Assembly: GCA_030141605.1 (NCBI GenBank)
Contig: JAQGDQ010000073.1
Coordinates: 186,001 to 250,000 of the forward strand
Source: Tubiluchus corallicola
Lineage: Eukaryota > Animalia > Priapulida
DNA: 64,000 nucleotides
Direction: 5' to 3'
Positions 39,649 through 54,600 of the stretch are shown piece by piece. The notes below the pieces were generated by a model, which was not told where the DNA came from, made no database searches, and was given only the letters and a program-made list of their open reading frames with translations. Every line of letters begins with the position of its first letter. Positions within the stretch are counted from its first letter, which is position 1. The position numbers and the translations under genes are program-made.

Positions 39649-42600
39649 TCATAATAAATCTTGCATTTTTACATGACGTCTGACAGCATTGTTCAAGCCT
39701 TCTTTGAATCGGAACCAGATTGCTCCAGTGGCGCTTTCAGAAGATGTGGCGTTTGGCTGCCCTGGCACTGTGCTAGGTGGTGACTTCAGTTCCAGCTTGC
39801 GACCAAAGAAATCCCTTTTTTGCTAAAAGTGGTTATGAGAAATTACTGGCAAAATTTTCAAAGTAAAAAATGTCAGTAAAAAACGATATACAAATTTCTT
39901 GCTAATTGTTTTGACTTGAAACGTGCAGAACACAAGCCAAGCTGAACAATTGTGGATACACACAACAAAAATCCTTTATGTATTTAGTTTTTCAAAAAAT
40001 CCATACATTTAATAAATTTCTTATTCCTGTATGCACGAATATTGAACAATTCAATAGCTAGTAAATTGTTTTTATGCTGAACTACAGAATATTTTTTGAG
40101 ATTTCAAAATACCGCACCTCTAATAGATGATACTAACAGATTGCTTTAGAATGAGGTTTGTCTGGTGAACTCAGACTGCACACACAGGTAGTTGCCACAT
40201 TCATTGTTATTATTAGGGCAATTGTACATTCATGTACATTAATGTGTTATGAGCACCAAGTTGTACTAAACCTGCCAAAAACTTTCGTATTTGATAATCT
40301 CACACACATGCAAGAGATGACAGATTAACCCGTAATGTTTATTGTTTCAATGGCGTTTTCAAGTCTTGTCAGCAAAATTTGGTGGCTGCTATGGTGAGAA
40401 TGCATTCAACACAAAACTATCCTTAATTACAGCGACTGCATTTTATAAAAATCTCATAGAAAGAGCTAACATGAAAGCTATCTTTAAATGCTTGTTATAG
40501 TTGAACAGTGACATCATCAATAAAGATGACTGTCATCTACTGTCTTTATCTCCTGCCAACAGGACAATGTGATAAAAGCAATTTAGAATAAAAAGAAAAG
40601 CACACCGTCAGTTTTTCGTTGATAGGCTTAGCTTCTAGCTTTACCAAATGACTCGGCACTGAAGTGGCAAGATCAGCGGCAGTTTTTGAGTTTCTTATAT
40701 TTTCAGTAGCCTTTGGGGGTGCAAGTTTTGCTTCCCTACGGCGCATCTTCTCCAGTTCAATCTAAAAATATCAATAATTAGTTAATGTAATTTACAATTC
40801 ATTAGTATGGACTGCAGAACATTGAGCACTCACTTGCTGCAAATGCACACACAAATGATGTACATTTTTCTTGCACATATTTGTAAAATGTACAAAGTTC
40901 AGTAACATGATACATTTTGGATGATGTATTTGAGTTCTTTTAAATCGTTCAGCAATTTTTCTGCAAAAGAACTCTAATGTGACGTCACAATATTGAAAAG
41001 CACCCCACAACACAAGCCATGCCACACCACATAAATACAGCTACAATAAAAACATGTTGCACACCGTTGAAATGACAAAGGCTGATAAATCCATCCACTG
41101 ATGATCAATAATGTGAGAATATTTTATAGCCTGTGCTTTCTGCTCCTAAGACGATGGTAATAATTTGCAAACACTTTACATAGTCTTTGCAAACTGCTGT
41201 TAAAAGAACACATTTACAGTTGTTATAGTCCAAATATTTGGGAAAATTTAGTAAACATTGTTTGCTTCAAAATTAGTAAATGGAAGAGTTAGTGTATCAC
41301 ACTAACGAAAAGCAGACTGGCATCACAGCAAAATGAAGGGTTCTATAGAGTTATTTGCAAGTGAGTAACCAAACAGTGCTTCTACAAGTTAATGATGTGT
41401 ATTTGAGAAGCTTAAACAAATTAAAAAATGAGAGGTAATAAGAAAAGGTGAAAAAAGTACACTGTAATACCCATGTATCTGCATCTAAAGAAAAATACCA
41501 TCAGTTCCTAAAATATAATTCCATAGCTTTCAAATTGTCAGAGTTCATTCTACGACTCAGAAAGTGTGCGACCTTAAAGGAAGTACAATGTCCAATTTAT
41601 GGACTGTCAATGTTGGATTGCTAATAAATGATAGGTCACAGTAAATTCTTCATATTAGCTGACTCAGATTCTCTCACTATACCCTCAACCTGGATCCTCC
41701 CTTCCTTAGGAAGAGTCATTGCAGGCCATCACACAGAAATTGTCACTCATCCCCTAATATCTACAAGAGACAAAACATACCTTTGTTACACTGTAGTTGC
41801 AACTGTTTGAATCCTGCATTAACCTCCTTCCTGTGGGGTTAAATAATTTTGTCAATGCACACTCGACCTTTTGATGAATAAAACCTGCCATTAGAACACT
41901 ATAAATGCAAATGTTCTACTCCTGGACCTGCCCTCTGGGGGAGGGGGATAAGTTTCCTTTTGTCTGTGTTGGATGACAACAAGTTGAAGGTCACGAATTC
42001 CTCCCACTGAGCTAACAGATTCTCCCACTATGCCCCCATCATCTTAGATTCTGTCTTCTGGGAGAGAGGTGGGCGTTAAATTTCCTTTGTCTATGTTGGA
42101 ATGTCAGTAGGTGAGAAAGCCATACATCACAAATCTTAAACACAGAAATAATTGAGACAAGTGGTTAAAAACAGTCACAAAGAAATTCTACACAAACCTC
42201 TCTAGATATTAGCTGCTTTGCAGCATATGTCAGTTGCTTGTGTTGTTTCAGACCAGGAAAATAAATAACTTGATCTATGTTTGGATCAATGACATAGTTG
42301 TATTGGCCCTCCTGAGTTCGTTCTTGATGATACGTGATATTTAGTGCTATCATGATATCAACCAGGTGTGCAAGATCACCTTTTTCTTGCAAACTGTACA
42401 GCTGGGTATTGACCTGCAATTCACAAAATATTCTCAGTTTCAGATTGACGTCAACAAGACGGTTTTGCATTACAATCACAAATTTGAATTATTTCAATAA
42501 TCAATAGCAAAAAAAGTCAGGTTAACAGTATGGTACAAGCAATTGATAAAAACTTTGAGCTATGAGGCAAACACTTGAGAGAGCAACAAAATTTATATAA

Positions 42601-45600
42601 AAATACGACTATTCCTATTTCTAAAGTCAATATTAAACAGGCTAATTCTGGTATCATAAAGATATTTGTGGCATACTCCAAAAAGCACTTGTTTTAGAAA
42701 GTTAGGCCAATGGCACAATATAAGTTTTTTAGGTGCAACAGTGTCATTAATGAGCAGCACATAATTGCATGCAAACACTAGTAAACAATTAAACAGATTT
42801 ACTTACAGGCCTCAGCGTTGGCTGTATGATATCCAGAAGCGACGGAAGAAGATCTCGGATAATATTCATGTGATTCAGGAAGATGCGAACAGCTGGAGAC
42901 ATGTCGTTAGTCAATGACGTAATCAAATTTTGCATTTTGTTCTTCTTCATCATCGCCTACAATAATTACTGTGCCCACTAAGCTGATTTAAGCAACATTT
43001 AAAAATTAGTCATTGTTAAAAACCAAAAATGCTGTAGAGCATTATTTTATCGCAATTGTCAGCTCTTGAACAGAACCTTTTTCTACACTGAAGCACGAGC
43101 AGCAGCATTTGTACCCAACTTTAGTACTTGGTCTAGAAAGCACTTATTAAAAAGACCAAAATCCAACATAAAAACATTATGTTACAGCCTCGTAAAATTC
43201 TAGATCATATAAATTTTTTCCATAAACTGATTTAGAATTTTTGCATTTACACTTTTTAGTGTTATTGGAGTACTTCATCTTGACACAGCACACAAATTTT
43301 TGCTACAAAAAAGATTGCCTTTTAAGAAATTACACTAAAGTTGTGTTGAACTTCATTTCCAAAGCAGCTTAATTTGAAGACTGTATTATGCTAATACTCA
43401 CTACCGAACGATTGCAGTAACGAAATAAGCGAAGCTAAGCCACCGCATTCAAGATGCAAATTGTTGCGATTAAGCTTTATTTATTTTTCCTTAAAATTTA
43501 AGACATAAGATATTTCTGAAATGATTTGTAATTTGTCAGGTGTAAGTACGATATTTTAAGCTTTAATTTGGACTTTACAACTTTGCAAAATTTCACTGGG
43601 TATTTTTATTACTACAAGGACTTTAGACATTTGGTAAAGTAAAGCAATTTACTCAAGATTGTTTTGACTGAAGGTTCAAGAGTAAGAACTTTGACGCTAC
43701 ATGGAATGTCCGAATTCTTAATGATTATTGGTCAAGCTTTGAGCAAAAACAAAGATTTACCTCGTACGAACTATTGGGATACTGTAGCTTTGTCGAGTGA
43801 ACCGATGCAAACAATAGGTGATAAGTCACTGCCATATATGGAACATACCGCATTAGTGAGTAGTCCTGGTGGTGCATAACTTGTTGTGATACTAAATCTG
43901 TGAAACACAGCCACTCTGTGCCTAGTTTCAGCTTCAAATATAAGAGGTTATGATTCACAAAAATAATGAAAAATCACTCACGTTGTATTAATGTTTATTT
44001 TAGACTAGTTACGTCAGTTGTTTTAACTAACATCGTTGACAATTTGTCAAACAGCTTGCTTGTTCACATGTCGCAAATTGGTGCAATTTAGTTACATCTA
44101 TAACACTACACTGGAAACTAATATGACGAAGGTTTAAATTAAAGAAAAGTTCCAGCCAATAAGAAAAAATATAATCACACCCCCAAGTAATGATTTGCTT
44201 TCAGCTAACTGAACAAAAATCATTTACATTTCTATGAAAGCTTTCACCACAACTAACATTGAAACCGCATATCATAAAATATTTGACAGCAGTGATGCCA
44301 ATTAAACATGGAATAACTGAACGATTAAACCAGGGGTCAACTCTATGGTAGTGTGCTCATTTCCCACCTGGAAGGTTGCAGATTCAATTTCTGACTTAAA
44401 AAATGGTACCACTGACTCTACTACCAAGCACCCAGGTTTATCGAAATAATATACGGGTAATAGTAATCGGGACAACCTTGGAAATAAATATTGAGTTACT
44501 TAAGGTGTTATCCTTTTGGTCTACGTTATAAAGAAATTGTTATTATTATTATGAATCTAAAATGACCTGACATCAGCTCATATCATATTAGCTCTGAGTT
44601 AATAAGTTATTTTAATACAAGAGATTTATCCTAAATCCAAAATGCACAACCAACAACTTACAGATTCGAATCTGGGATCTTTAAACTTTACTTGCAGATA
44701 GTTCTCGTAAAGTCCCTGAATCAGCTTCTCATATTCGCCAAATGTCTGCACTGCTTGTAGTGTTGAATGAAACCTTTAAACAACAAACATACAATGTCAT
44801 AACATTTATGGGCTTTACATGAAAACCGTTTTGCGGAAATATGTATCCAAGCCCTACCTATTGATCGCTAGTGTGCAAAAATATGTAAAGGGTAATTAAC
44901 AATTGGCGAAGGCACTTCGGAATGGGCCCCATTCAAGGAGGTGTCAAACGGGTTAGCTGCACGCTGCATTTAATCAACCGGAATATTCATTAGGGTAGAT
45001 TCGTGCTAATAATTCTGCTCAGTGTTACTTAGAATGCTGCAAAATTGACAAAACACGTTAAATCACTATGAGCCAATGCACAAACAGGTCAGCAATTTTT
45101 ACACGCACGTAATTTTTTTTTGGCAATTTGCAAGATCTGAACATAGTTAATGTTTTAGACAGTGGCATACTGACCGAGAAAAATTGGCATTGAAAAAACG
45201 TGGCAATGTCGAGCAAAATGTGGAAACATTGCTGAAAACGAGCAAACTTAATTAGTAACACAAAAATATTATTGTCTGCTGTGCACCTGATGGTCACCCA
45301 GGTATATAATGCAACAGTTAGCCCAGCTGCTGCAAGAGCAAGCACCGCTTTTGTTATTAAGTCGTTGTTTAGTGGCTGGAATCTATCTGCGCTGTTTTCA
45401 TGTAAAAGCCATAATTGTGCCCATTGAAATGATGAAAGTTACTTAAAGTTGTATAGAATACAACAGAAAACACAAATGTGTGTCCTATTAACTAGATACA
45501 TAATGCCACAATGTAGTTTCGCAAGAAAATATTCACTGATTTGTACTGTTCTTCATAACCCATTAACCATAGATATTAAAGGAAAACGGTAATTTTTCAT

Positions 45601-48600
45601 AGCCTACCCCACTTTGAAGTACATAAAAAAGTATACTTTTTAACACCTACAATAATGCCAAAGTGTTTCTTATAATTAAATAATCGGTTAAAAACTTAAC
45701 TAACAGCTGGCAAGCCCAACTAGTGATGACGTCACAGTTGAACATAATTTCAACAACACAAACATTCCACGAGCATTTGCTACTGTACAATGCAAAGTAT
45801 ACTGCAATGCTACGGTACAACATTCAGTGTGATACGCAAAACTCACAAACTTTTAAGTCGGTGACTTCAGTATTTATATTTCAAGTTTGCTACATCACAA
45901 CTGAACCACATTTGAAATGAAAGGTACGACGCCTGTCTTTGTGCAACTAGGTAGTACTGCCCATCTAACTAACAAATGGTGAAATGAATATAACAGCAAA
46001 GAACCAGCTATGCAAAAGCAAAATTGGGTTTGTGCGATTCACTTAAGTTATTCTTAAAAAGACAATGTGTTGTCTTTCAATATTTTACAGTTAGACTGAC
46101 AATAGCCACTTATTTGTGCAAACAGTAGCAAACAAGCGTGTGGCCGCCGAGGTAAACCTTAAGCACAAAAGCGGAGCTACAGATGCAGTTTAAAAAATAG
46201 AATTTTCGTAACAAATTTGATGAGGTAGTACACACTTATTGACGTTCTTTTTGAAGGATTAGAGACTGTAGATAATTGGAAATCAATTTCCAACCATAAA
46301 ACCCATTTAAAAAATTTTAGAGCACCTGTCTGCACAAGATGCGACGAGGTTCTTCTTGAACTTAAACCTGTTGTAATTAGCTTGTTAATGACACATCAAC
46401 TAGTACCACTCACTAACCATACAGCATGGTTGCAGAGTGCTAACAGAAGTGAAAGGAATAATTTCTCAGTGAAGCAACACGTACCTAGCTGACAAAGATG
46501 TTGGGTGACCAAGAGAGGATTTCGCATTCGAGTCAGTTATCTCTTTACTCAAGGCATCCGTTATACCAGAAAACTGTTTCCTCTTTACCTTTGGCATTTG
46601 AAAAATGTCCTGCCACAGTGAAAAAATATTTTTGTGCATATCCTTTTGGCCCACCCCTTCATCTTCATTGTCTGCCATGCAAAACTGCCCAGCTGAACAC
46701 TGAAACTATAAATCAAAAGCTCTTGAAAAATTGCAATTAGAATTATAAACATGTCATACATCTTTGACTAAAAATTCAGAAAGCACTTACGTATTCAATT
46801 GCGAAGACTGTTATCAATGAGTAAAGCCCTTGATTATTTTTATGAACAAGTTTTTAAAAGTATTCTTTGAACTATTGATTTGCCCCAACTCTGTTAATTA
46901 AAGTTAAAATTGATTAGCAAATGCTGGTTATTTTGTCCTTCCTTTCATTCATTGGTATAATATTTGCCAATTGAGAGATATCAGTAACAAAAAAGCTGCA
47001 GAAAAGCAAGAAATCTCAAGTTGTTTTAAAAGCAGCAGTACAACAGTGCATCAATGTACAATTCTTTTTGCTCCAAATACAGTACTTAGTCAACAGCATC
47101 TTTAGCATAACATTAGTACTTACCTGTAGAGTATTTAAGCATGATCTAATGTCGTTATCATTCTTGACAGATAGCGCCAATAGAGTGTTCATGTCAGTCT
47201 TAAGATCTTCACGGCATGCTATTCCGTACAACCTTGATGCAAGCCTAGTGGACAATGTTGGAGGGAAGTTCAGTACTAGAGCAATCTGTCTGAGTGGCCG
47301 CAGTGCAGGTACATATAAGTCATTGCAGACACAGATTATAGGCCGAAGAAGCAGCCCCTGTCGTCTTTTCTTTCCTTTAGCACTAGTCGACACATCGGTA
47401 CACTTAACAATGTTAATTAAAGCATTTATAGAGGTGACAGGAGCTCCATCTATCTCATCAATGACGAGACAGTTTGGACGCGGATCGGCACCGATGACTG
47501 ACCTCATCTGAGTTGTATTTTCGATTTTTTGCTTGAAGACCTCCAGTTGACGATCATCGCTTGCATTCATCTCGACAGCATTATATCCTGCATGTCTTGC
47601 GATCACATGTGCCAGTGTTGTTTTCCCTAAGCCAGGCGGTCCACACAGCAATGCCACCTTGAAAATTAATGGGACAAAAAACTATAATGTGATGTTAACA
47701 CTCACACAATTTACGGCATGGCCAAAATTTACGAAAACAGTTTTCTAGCTGTGCATGCTATAGTGTATCTCTTCTTCAATTACAAATTATGCTTAGAATA
47801 TCGAATATAACAAGTACCTACTACGTGCAGGCTCAATAGCATTTCTAAATGATGGTAAATCATGCTTAAGACTGTAAATGAAATGAAAGAGTAAAACCCC
47901 TTCTGTTGAGCTTTCTCATTAACAAAATCATACATTACTAGCATCGCCTATACGTAAACAGAAATTAAATGTCTGCTAAACTGCTAGTTTAAATCACAAA
48001 AGCCCTAAACAAAATAAATTACTCAAAATTGATCTTAGTTAAATAAATATCAGGTAATGTAATTTAAATTGAATGAATTTATGACTATGTTCTGATTTTA
48101 TAAACTATCATGTACGACATTTCATACAAGATACACACACACACACACCTTAAATTGTTCAGGCCGATTGTGCTGATCCAACTCTTCGTTTAGCTCGTAT
48201 TTTTTGAACTTATTATATTTTTGACTTTGTTGTTTCTTCGTATCTTTCGGTTTCGCCTTTAATTTTTTCTCCTTCCCAAAAACCACAATGTCCCAAAGCT
48301 TGAGCCATTGCAACAATGTCCGATTGGTTCCCTGCAGAAATTGTGAAGAAATGCTGCCATATGATTCAATGTTGTTAAACAGGTACAGCAACATCCTGGT
48401 TAAAAGTGGAAGAACCGACTGTGATTTACTCATTTCGTTTTCTAATTTCGTAGGAAATGTTTGATATGACACGTTAAATCATTCAAAATGTATATGCTGT
48501 CAAGCTAAATTAATGAATAAATAGAATGAACTTTAAATTAAAGCATTATACGTGCTCACTACAATAATTAAGCTACTTTTTATGGTTTTGTTTTCTTCAG

Positions 48601-51600
48601 TTGTTTAACAGAAGATCAGATTTTGCTTTTTTCAACAAAACCTTATGAAATTTTATGTCCATATTGCTTCTTTCTGAAATGCATGACAATAATGTCTCTT
48701 TTGTAGCTGATCCTGAATCTGTACAGATGCTGTGCATGTACACTCATTGCATCTATGTATAGATTTGAACACATTCAGAGTGCTAAGTTAGACATTTATA
48801 TTAATTAACGATGGAATTCAATAAACCCACAGTTCTTAAATTTTGAACCTAATTTGGGCATAAGAAAGGAAATGTGATGTATCGGGAAAGAGTTGGGATT
48901 TGAACCAAGGAACTCTGGATTACAAATGTAAAGCAATGAACACACACTACATGGCCTGAATGCATCTGAATCAGATCTTGACTTACTAAGTGATTATTCA
49001 GCATCTGTACAGGCTATCAGATGCAGCAAGGGACCACAAAACACGAAACATGTATTCATTTAAATGTCTGGAATATCTTCACAATCACTTACAAATTAAA
49101 TAAAAAGGTAAATAAAGATGGACAGCCCATTTCAATCTAAAAAAGTATCATCAATAGCATTACTTGTTGACAGTAAGAAAACATTTGACTGTCAGGAATA
49201 AGAGCAGAGCATGACAGAGACTCTTTACACTGCTCCAAGAATAATCAGATTTTACTTACATCATCTGATAAGAGCTCCATGTATGACTGTGGACTGTACT
49301 TGTCCACCCATAAAAAATTCTTTGCGTTTTCTTCATTTCGATTACGGTCATCAGCTGCTTCATTTGTGTTCTCAGCTACAAACCTATATAATGACCAAGG
49401 AATAAACACAATAAGCACGAACATGGTTGTCATTAAAAACTGTGTCCATAAATCACTGTGAACAGCATTACTTGCACAAATATAGGGTAAACACAAAAAA
49501 GTAAGTGCTTTTGAAATGCCACAGAACCAAAAACTTTTATCAAATTTGTATACAGATTTAGCAGGGTAGAATAGAAATAGTTTTGCACTTAAACACTATG
49601 GTTGCTAGCAAAGTAAAAAAAATTAAGATTTTTTTCTTGGTATTGCTATCAGGTCCACAAAAAATAAAAAAACTAGATATTAATACGACCATATCGTCTT
49701 TATTCTAACGATTATATTGTCAAAAAAGCTATTGGTCAAGTCAAGATTCAACTGAGAAAAGTAACTGAAGTGTCAGGAAAACACATCCAACAGCTTTTAT
49801 AGTGTAAACAAAAACAAAACTTAAAGGTTAAATAATATTTTTTGTTTGTTTAAAATCTCTGAATTTTGCTTTCTTTGTATTTAAAGGAATACTGAGGTCT
49901 TTTTACAAGTATACATTTTTGTTATGTTATCTATATTGTACTGTAACCTACCGGGTGTTTTGAAGAATGCTCTTTTTTCCAGAAGTTAGAGGGAGAGATA
50001 TTGGCCTAGTTTTAAATTTGCTACTGTTAATCAAATTTAAACAAATGAGTGGAAATATATACATATAGTCTAATTTGTTTTTTCCTAGAAAGAGATGCTT
50101 AATGCTTATGTCTATGAGTTGTTGATTAAAATGTTTCGGTGTTGTTAAAATGCGTAGTTTAGATCAATTCGTGACTTCGTAAGTAAGACAAACGCACAAC
50201 TATTTAACTAAAAGAGTGGCCACCCAAAATATAATTTATTATAACTTACATGATTCATGATTTGGCACATATACATTGTTGCTTTTATCACAGCACTTTT
50301 TCATACTAAATTTATTACAACTTCTAACACTAAGTATAGCACAGGACAACCAAACATACAATTAAGCACCGATTGTCACAAATAAGTACAATGCACCAAT
50401 GTTAGATTATCATGTATATGATGCACAGATTAGCACATAACTATTAAAAAATGTTAAAAAAGGAAAAATAACCTAACGAGTTAGGCGGCTTATATGACAT
50501 CTGCTCATACAGATTGCAAGCGTCAAATGGTCACCTGCACAGAGGTGACGATGAAATTTCTAACTTCAGAATGAAGTCCGTATAAATGATTCAAGGTTAA
50601 TCTTATCTAACATTATAGCCTAAGTTGTAGGAACTGAAATAAGCTAGTTAGCAATGCTGTAAACGAAAAGCCTAGCAGCAGAGTTTCCCTCAATCACGGG
50701 AATCCGTGACAGGTGTGGCTCAGTCAGTAAATTCAGTGGTTGGACGAAAAATCACCTCCGTTTGGTTGATGGCATAACTAGGATCACAAGTACTTACTAA
50801 ACACAATAAACTGTGGCTCTGCAAAAACATATAAAAACAGTATATTTGATTTTTAACTAAGTCAACTTAAACAGAATATGCAGGTCTCCATAATGAGAAA
50901 ATTGAATTCTCACCTCTTATGGCTTAATTCACGTTGTTACCACTATTATAACAAAAACATTAGATGGGCTGGCTATTTCATTTATTACAAGTAACATTCC
51001 TGTTTAGAATAGTCAATGTACTAGCATGTGGATTTGTGGCCACACACCATAGTTCAAACCCTTCTGCCCAACTCTGCTGTACAGGCAATGTCCTAATTTA
51101 ACTTTCCATTTTCTTGTAATTAAAATCATCATTAAACATTACAAGTGAGATACAAGGCACTCGACAATACATTGAAAAACAGAGTGACTGAAAATACATA
51201 AATTAATTTATACTATTAACAATAGGTTATTCTTTATTTACTGCCAAGTAAACAACATTTCTGTATTAAATTATTATTACACGAGGTCAATTGTCTGCTG
51301 ACTGACTGCTTATTTTAAACTTTGTAATCAATAATTTACGCATAGGAATTTAGAATACAACTCAGTGCATGTGCATCTTACATCTTGCAAGTTTCAAAAA
51401 CACTGCGACATAAATATGTAACTTTTCCTATCAAATTTTATCTAAACTATTGTTAAATTTCTTAATAACGGAAGCTTTTTTACATGTTACACATCTTCGA
51501 AATGTACAACACATAATATGTGATCCGTGATGCGTAATGCATGTACAACAGTTTGTATTTAAACCTGCGCAAGTGTTTCCATGTCTACATAATGCGCAAT

Positions 51601-54600
51601 CCATAACGTGTAATCTGTATCCACTTAAAAATGATCACGGAAGCTTTTTTACATGTTACACATCTTCGAAATTTACAACACATAATATGTGATCCGTGAT
51701 GCGTAATGCATATACAACAGTTTGTATTTAAACCTGTGCAAGTGTTTCCACGTCTATATAATGCGCAATCCATGACGTGTAATCTATCCACTCAAAAATG
51801 ATCGCTATCGTTCGAATGCGCATCACACAGACGGCAAAATGCGGTTGTGTAGCTTTCAGGTGACTGTTTTTACAGATTGTCTTTCTGGTCAGGTGAGTTA
51901 CACTAAGAACCTAAACACAATTATATTCCTTCCATTTAAGTTTTTGAAAGGTCGAAGAAGCGTATAATTATGTTGTTCTGCACCTAGTAGATTCTAATTG
52001 CAATTCTTTCATTAAGTGGTGACATATGCCGTATTGTTCTCTCACCTGCAAAATGCTATGCACCCAAAACCCGTGCTTTCTTTGGAATTTTTCCGTTTAA
52101 TACTACAATGGTAATGTAATGTAATGTATTTCATAACCACTATGGAGATAAAATTTCGAAGGAGACATGACTTCCAAATATTATTACATCCAATTTTCAT
52201 AAACAGCAACAAACATCGCCATGAGCTTAATATGTTAATGTGCATAATATTCACTGACATGTGGAAACAGTCAATACACATTGTGCATTACAAATTATGC
52301 ACTCATGGAGTAACTACCTTAATACTTACATATGACAGCTTGCTTAGTTTAGAAATTGTAACCAACTGTGTTATAGTAGATTAACTTACCTTAATTTAGT
52401 GAATACAATTTAAAAAGTACACTTGTTAAACATAATACGCAAAAGTTTAAAAATGACAATGTTGGTCTGAGCCAATAACTGGTGAAACAGAAATTTAAGC
52501 ATACTTTTGTAACACAAAACTCTCAACATTAAGTTTAAAAAGGCTGAAATATCTGAAATGCAGTAAACATCACAGTTCTTGTGGTGAGAGAGGTTTCACT
52601 AGCACTGCTCTGGGCCCCACCATTAGTTGTGTACTTAAAAATGAAAAACATTAGCAGAAGACAGTAAGCATTTTATTGTTCTAGTCTGGCTGGTGACTAA
52701 TGAAGTAGAGCCAAGTGACATCACGCTCAATAATAAGTTCGCCATGTGGCAATCACCAGTGAAAACAAAATCAGGAAAAGGCTATATTTAGTCCTGAGTG
52801 CTATTCATAACAATTTTTATGTACATTTACTAAAAGACCCAATGCTCATTTATAACTTTCAATATATATGCATCTATTTCCATGGCAAAAAGTTTTTTCG
52901 AATGAGAGGAAAAATAAATTTGTAATGAATTTTTTAAAAAGGCTTCCTTTTTGTGTTCACAAGTTATATATGTTTTACACTGGCTTTTTATACAAGCACT
53001 AATCTCAGGATTAAGTAAATCCAGAGAGTTTCTTGAAGTATAGATGGATAACATTATCATATAACCTTAAATGTGCCGTAAGTGGTGAATGTGAAACTAA
53101 AATAAAGAAATAATGAACGTGAAGAAAATCCAAAAATTAAATAAGAAACCTATGTTTGAATATGATACGTAGTCAGCGAATTACTATTTTCCAAGAAATA
53201 GTGCTAAAACACCATCTTCTTTTTCCCTATGAGCAGTACAAATTTATTTAACGCTGTATTTTAACGCAACAGCATACGAGAGCCAGAAAGCAAGCATTCT
53301 CTCTACCAACCTGTTAAATTGTTCTTCTGCCATCCTGGATGATTCGGAAAATGCTCTATTTGTCTGGTTCCTAACCATCTGTTCCTGGATCATGTCAAAT
53401 GGCTGACACAGCAATTGAAAAGATTTTTGACATGCAGACACCGCATTGACCTGAACAAACAATATCATAACATACACAACAGCTTCAATTACACTCATCT
53501 TATACTATTTTTTAAGTTTTACATTAATCAAAACTGTGCTTGTCACTCATTTTAAATTTTAAATTCTGAAGCAACGAATATCCTATTAACAATAATGTCT
53601 GCATTTTCAATTTTCACTATTGAAACCGAGTAGAATTATCAGGTTTAAACAATGGTAATAAACAAGGGTAATAAACAATGAGATAAATTACTTGGGTACT
53701 TCACGGAATCACTATGTTGCGGCAGGACAGGACTAACAGGCAGAAATCTTTTAGCCACAGTCTGATTCATCCCTGAATAATGTTAAGTGGCTGGAGGCAC
53801 TATGGCAGATCAAAATGTCAAAGAGAGATTTTCCTACTGGCTACTCAACAGGCTTGGCAAAGCTTAACATGGTTGCTAAGCTCTGTTTTTTGACCATTCA
53901 GCCTCTGTACCTCTTAGTAATTTTACTGACAATTACTAACGTCAGTAACTGACATTAATCTACATATTATTATTAATCACTATCTATACCTGAGCTTCTA
54001 GTTCTTCGTCCGATTTGAATTTGAGATAAAAGCGGCTTCCCTCCAAACCAGTGATGGCAACAGAATCTCCCTCTGGTGGTCGTGAAAACAATCGCTGCCT
54101 ACTAAAATCATAGCCATCTCTATACCTCTCTTGAAATGCGGTCTCTGCCAGTAAGTTTGTTGTCTTACGAGCTCGTTCTCTTTGTATTCGCCTGATGTCG
54201 TTACCAGGCGAGTAGGTAATTTCTTCCTGTGAACAGAAACCTCTAACTCGCTCTTTCCTGATTCTCTCAGCAATGGCTGATCTTTTATGGGACGGTGGTA
54301 CAAGATCATCGATGCTTGTTTCAGTTTGAAAGATTCTATTTTGCAGTGGCTGTGCTGCGGGTACACCGAAATTAGTGAGCAGTGGATCATAATTAGCATC
54401 TACATGATTATCAAGTGTTTGCTTATGCTGAAATGTGATTACTTGAGGTGAGGCAGAGTAACCAAATGCTAAATCATCATCAATATTACTGACTACTGTT
54501 GGAGATCGAGAATTGGACCTCGGCTTTTTCTTTGGTGGCCCTGAAAGAAATAAAATTATATAAACAGAATAGAGCTAGTGAGCGAACGTAAAGAATAAAA

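Noticed and set aside
53998-54399. 133-aa ORF-track protein as a separate gene
   Set aside because: It is an alternative frame of CHTF18 exon 3. The true frame reads RPPEGDSVAITGLEGSRFYL and splices in phase.
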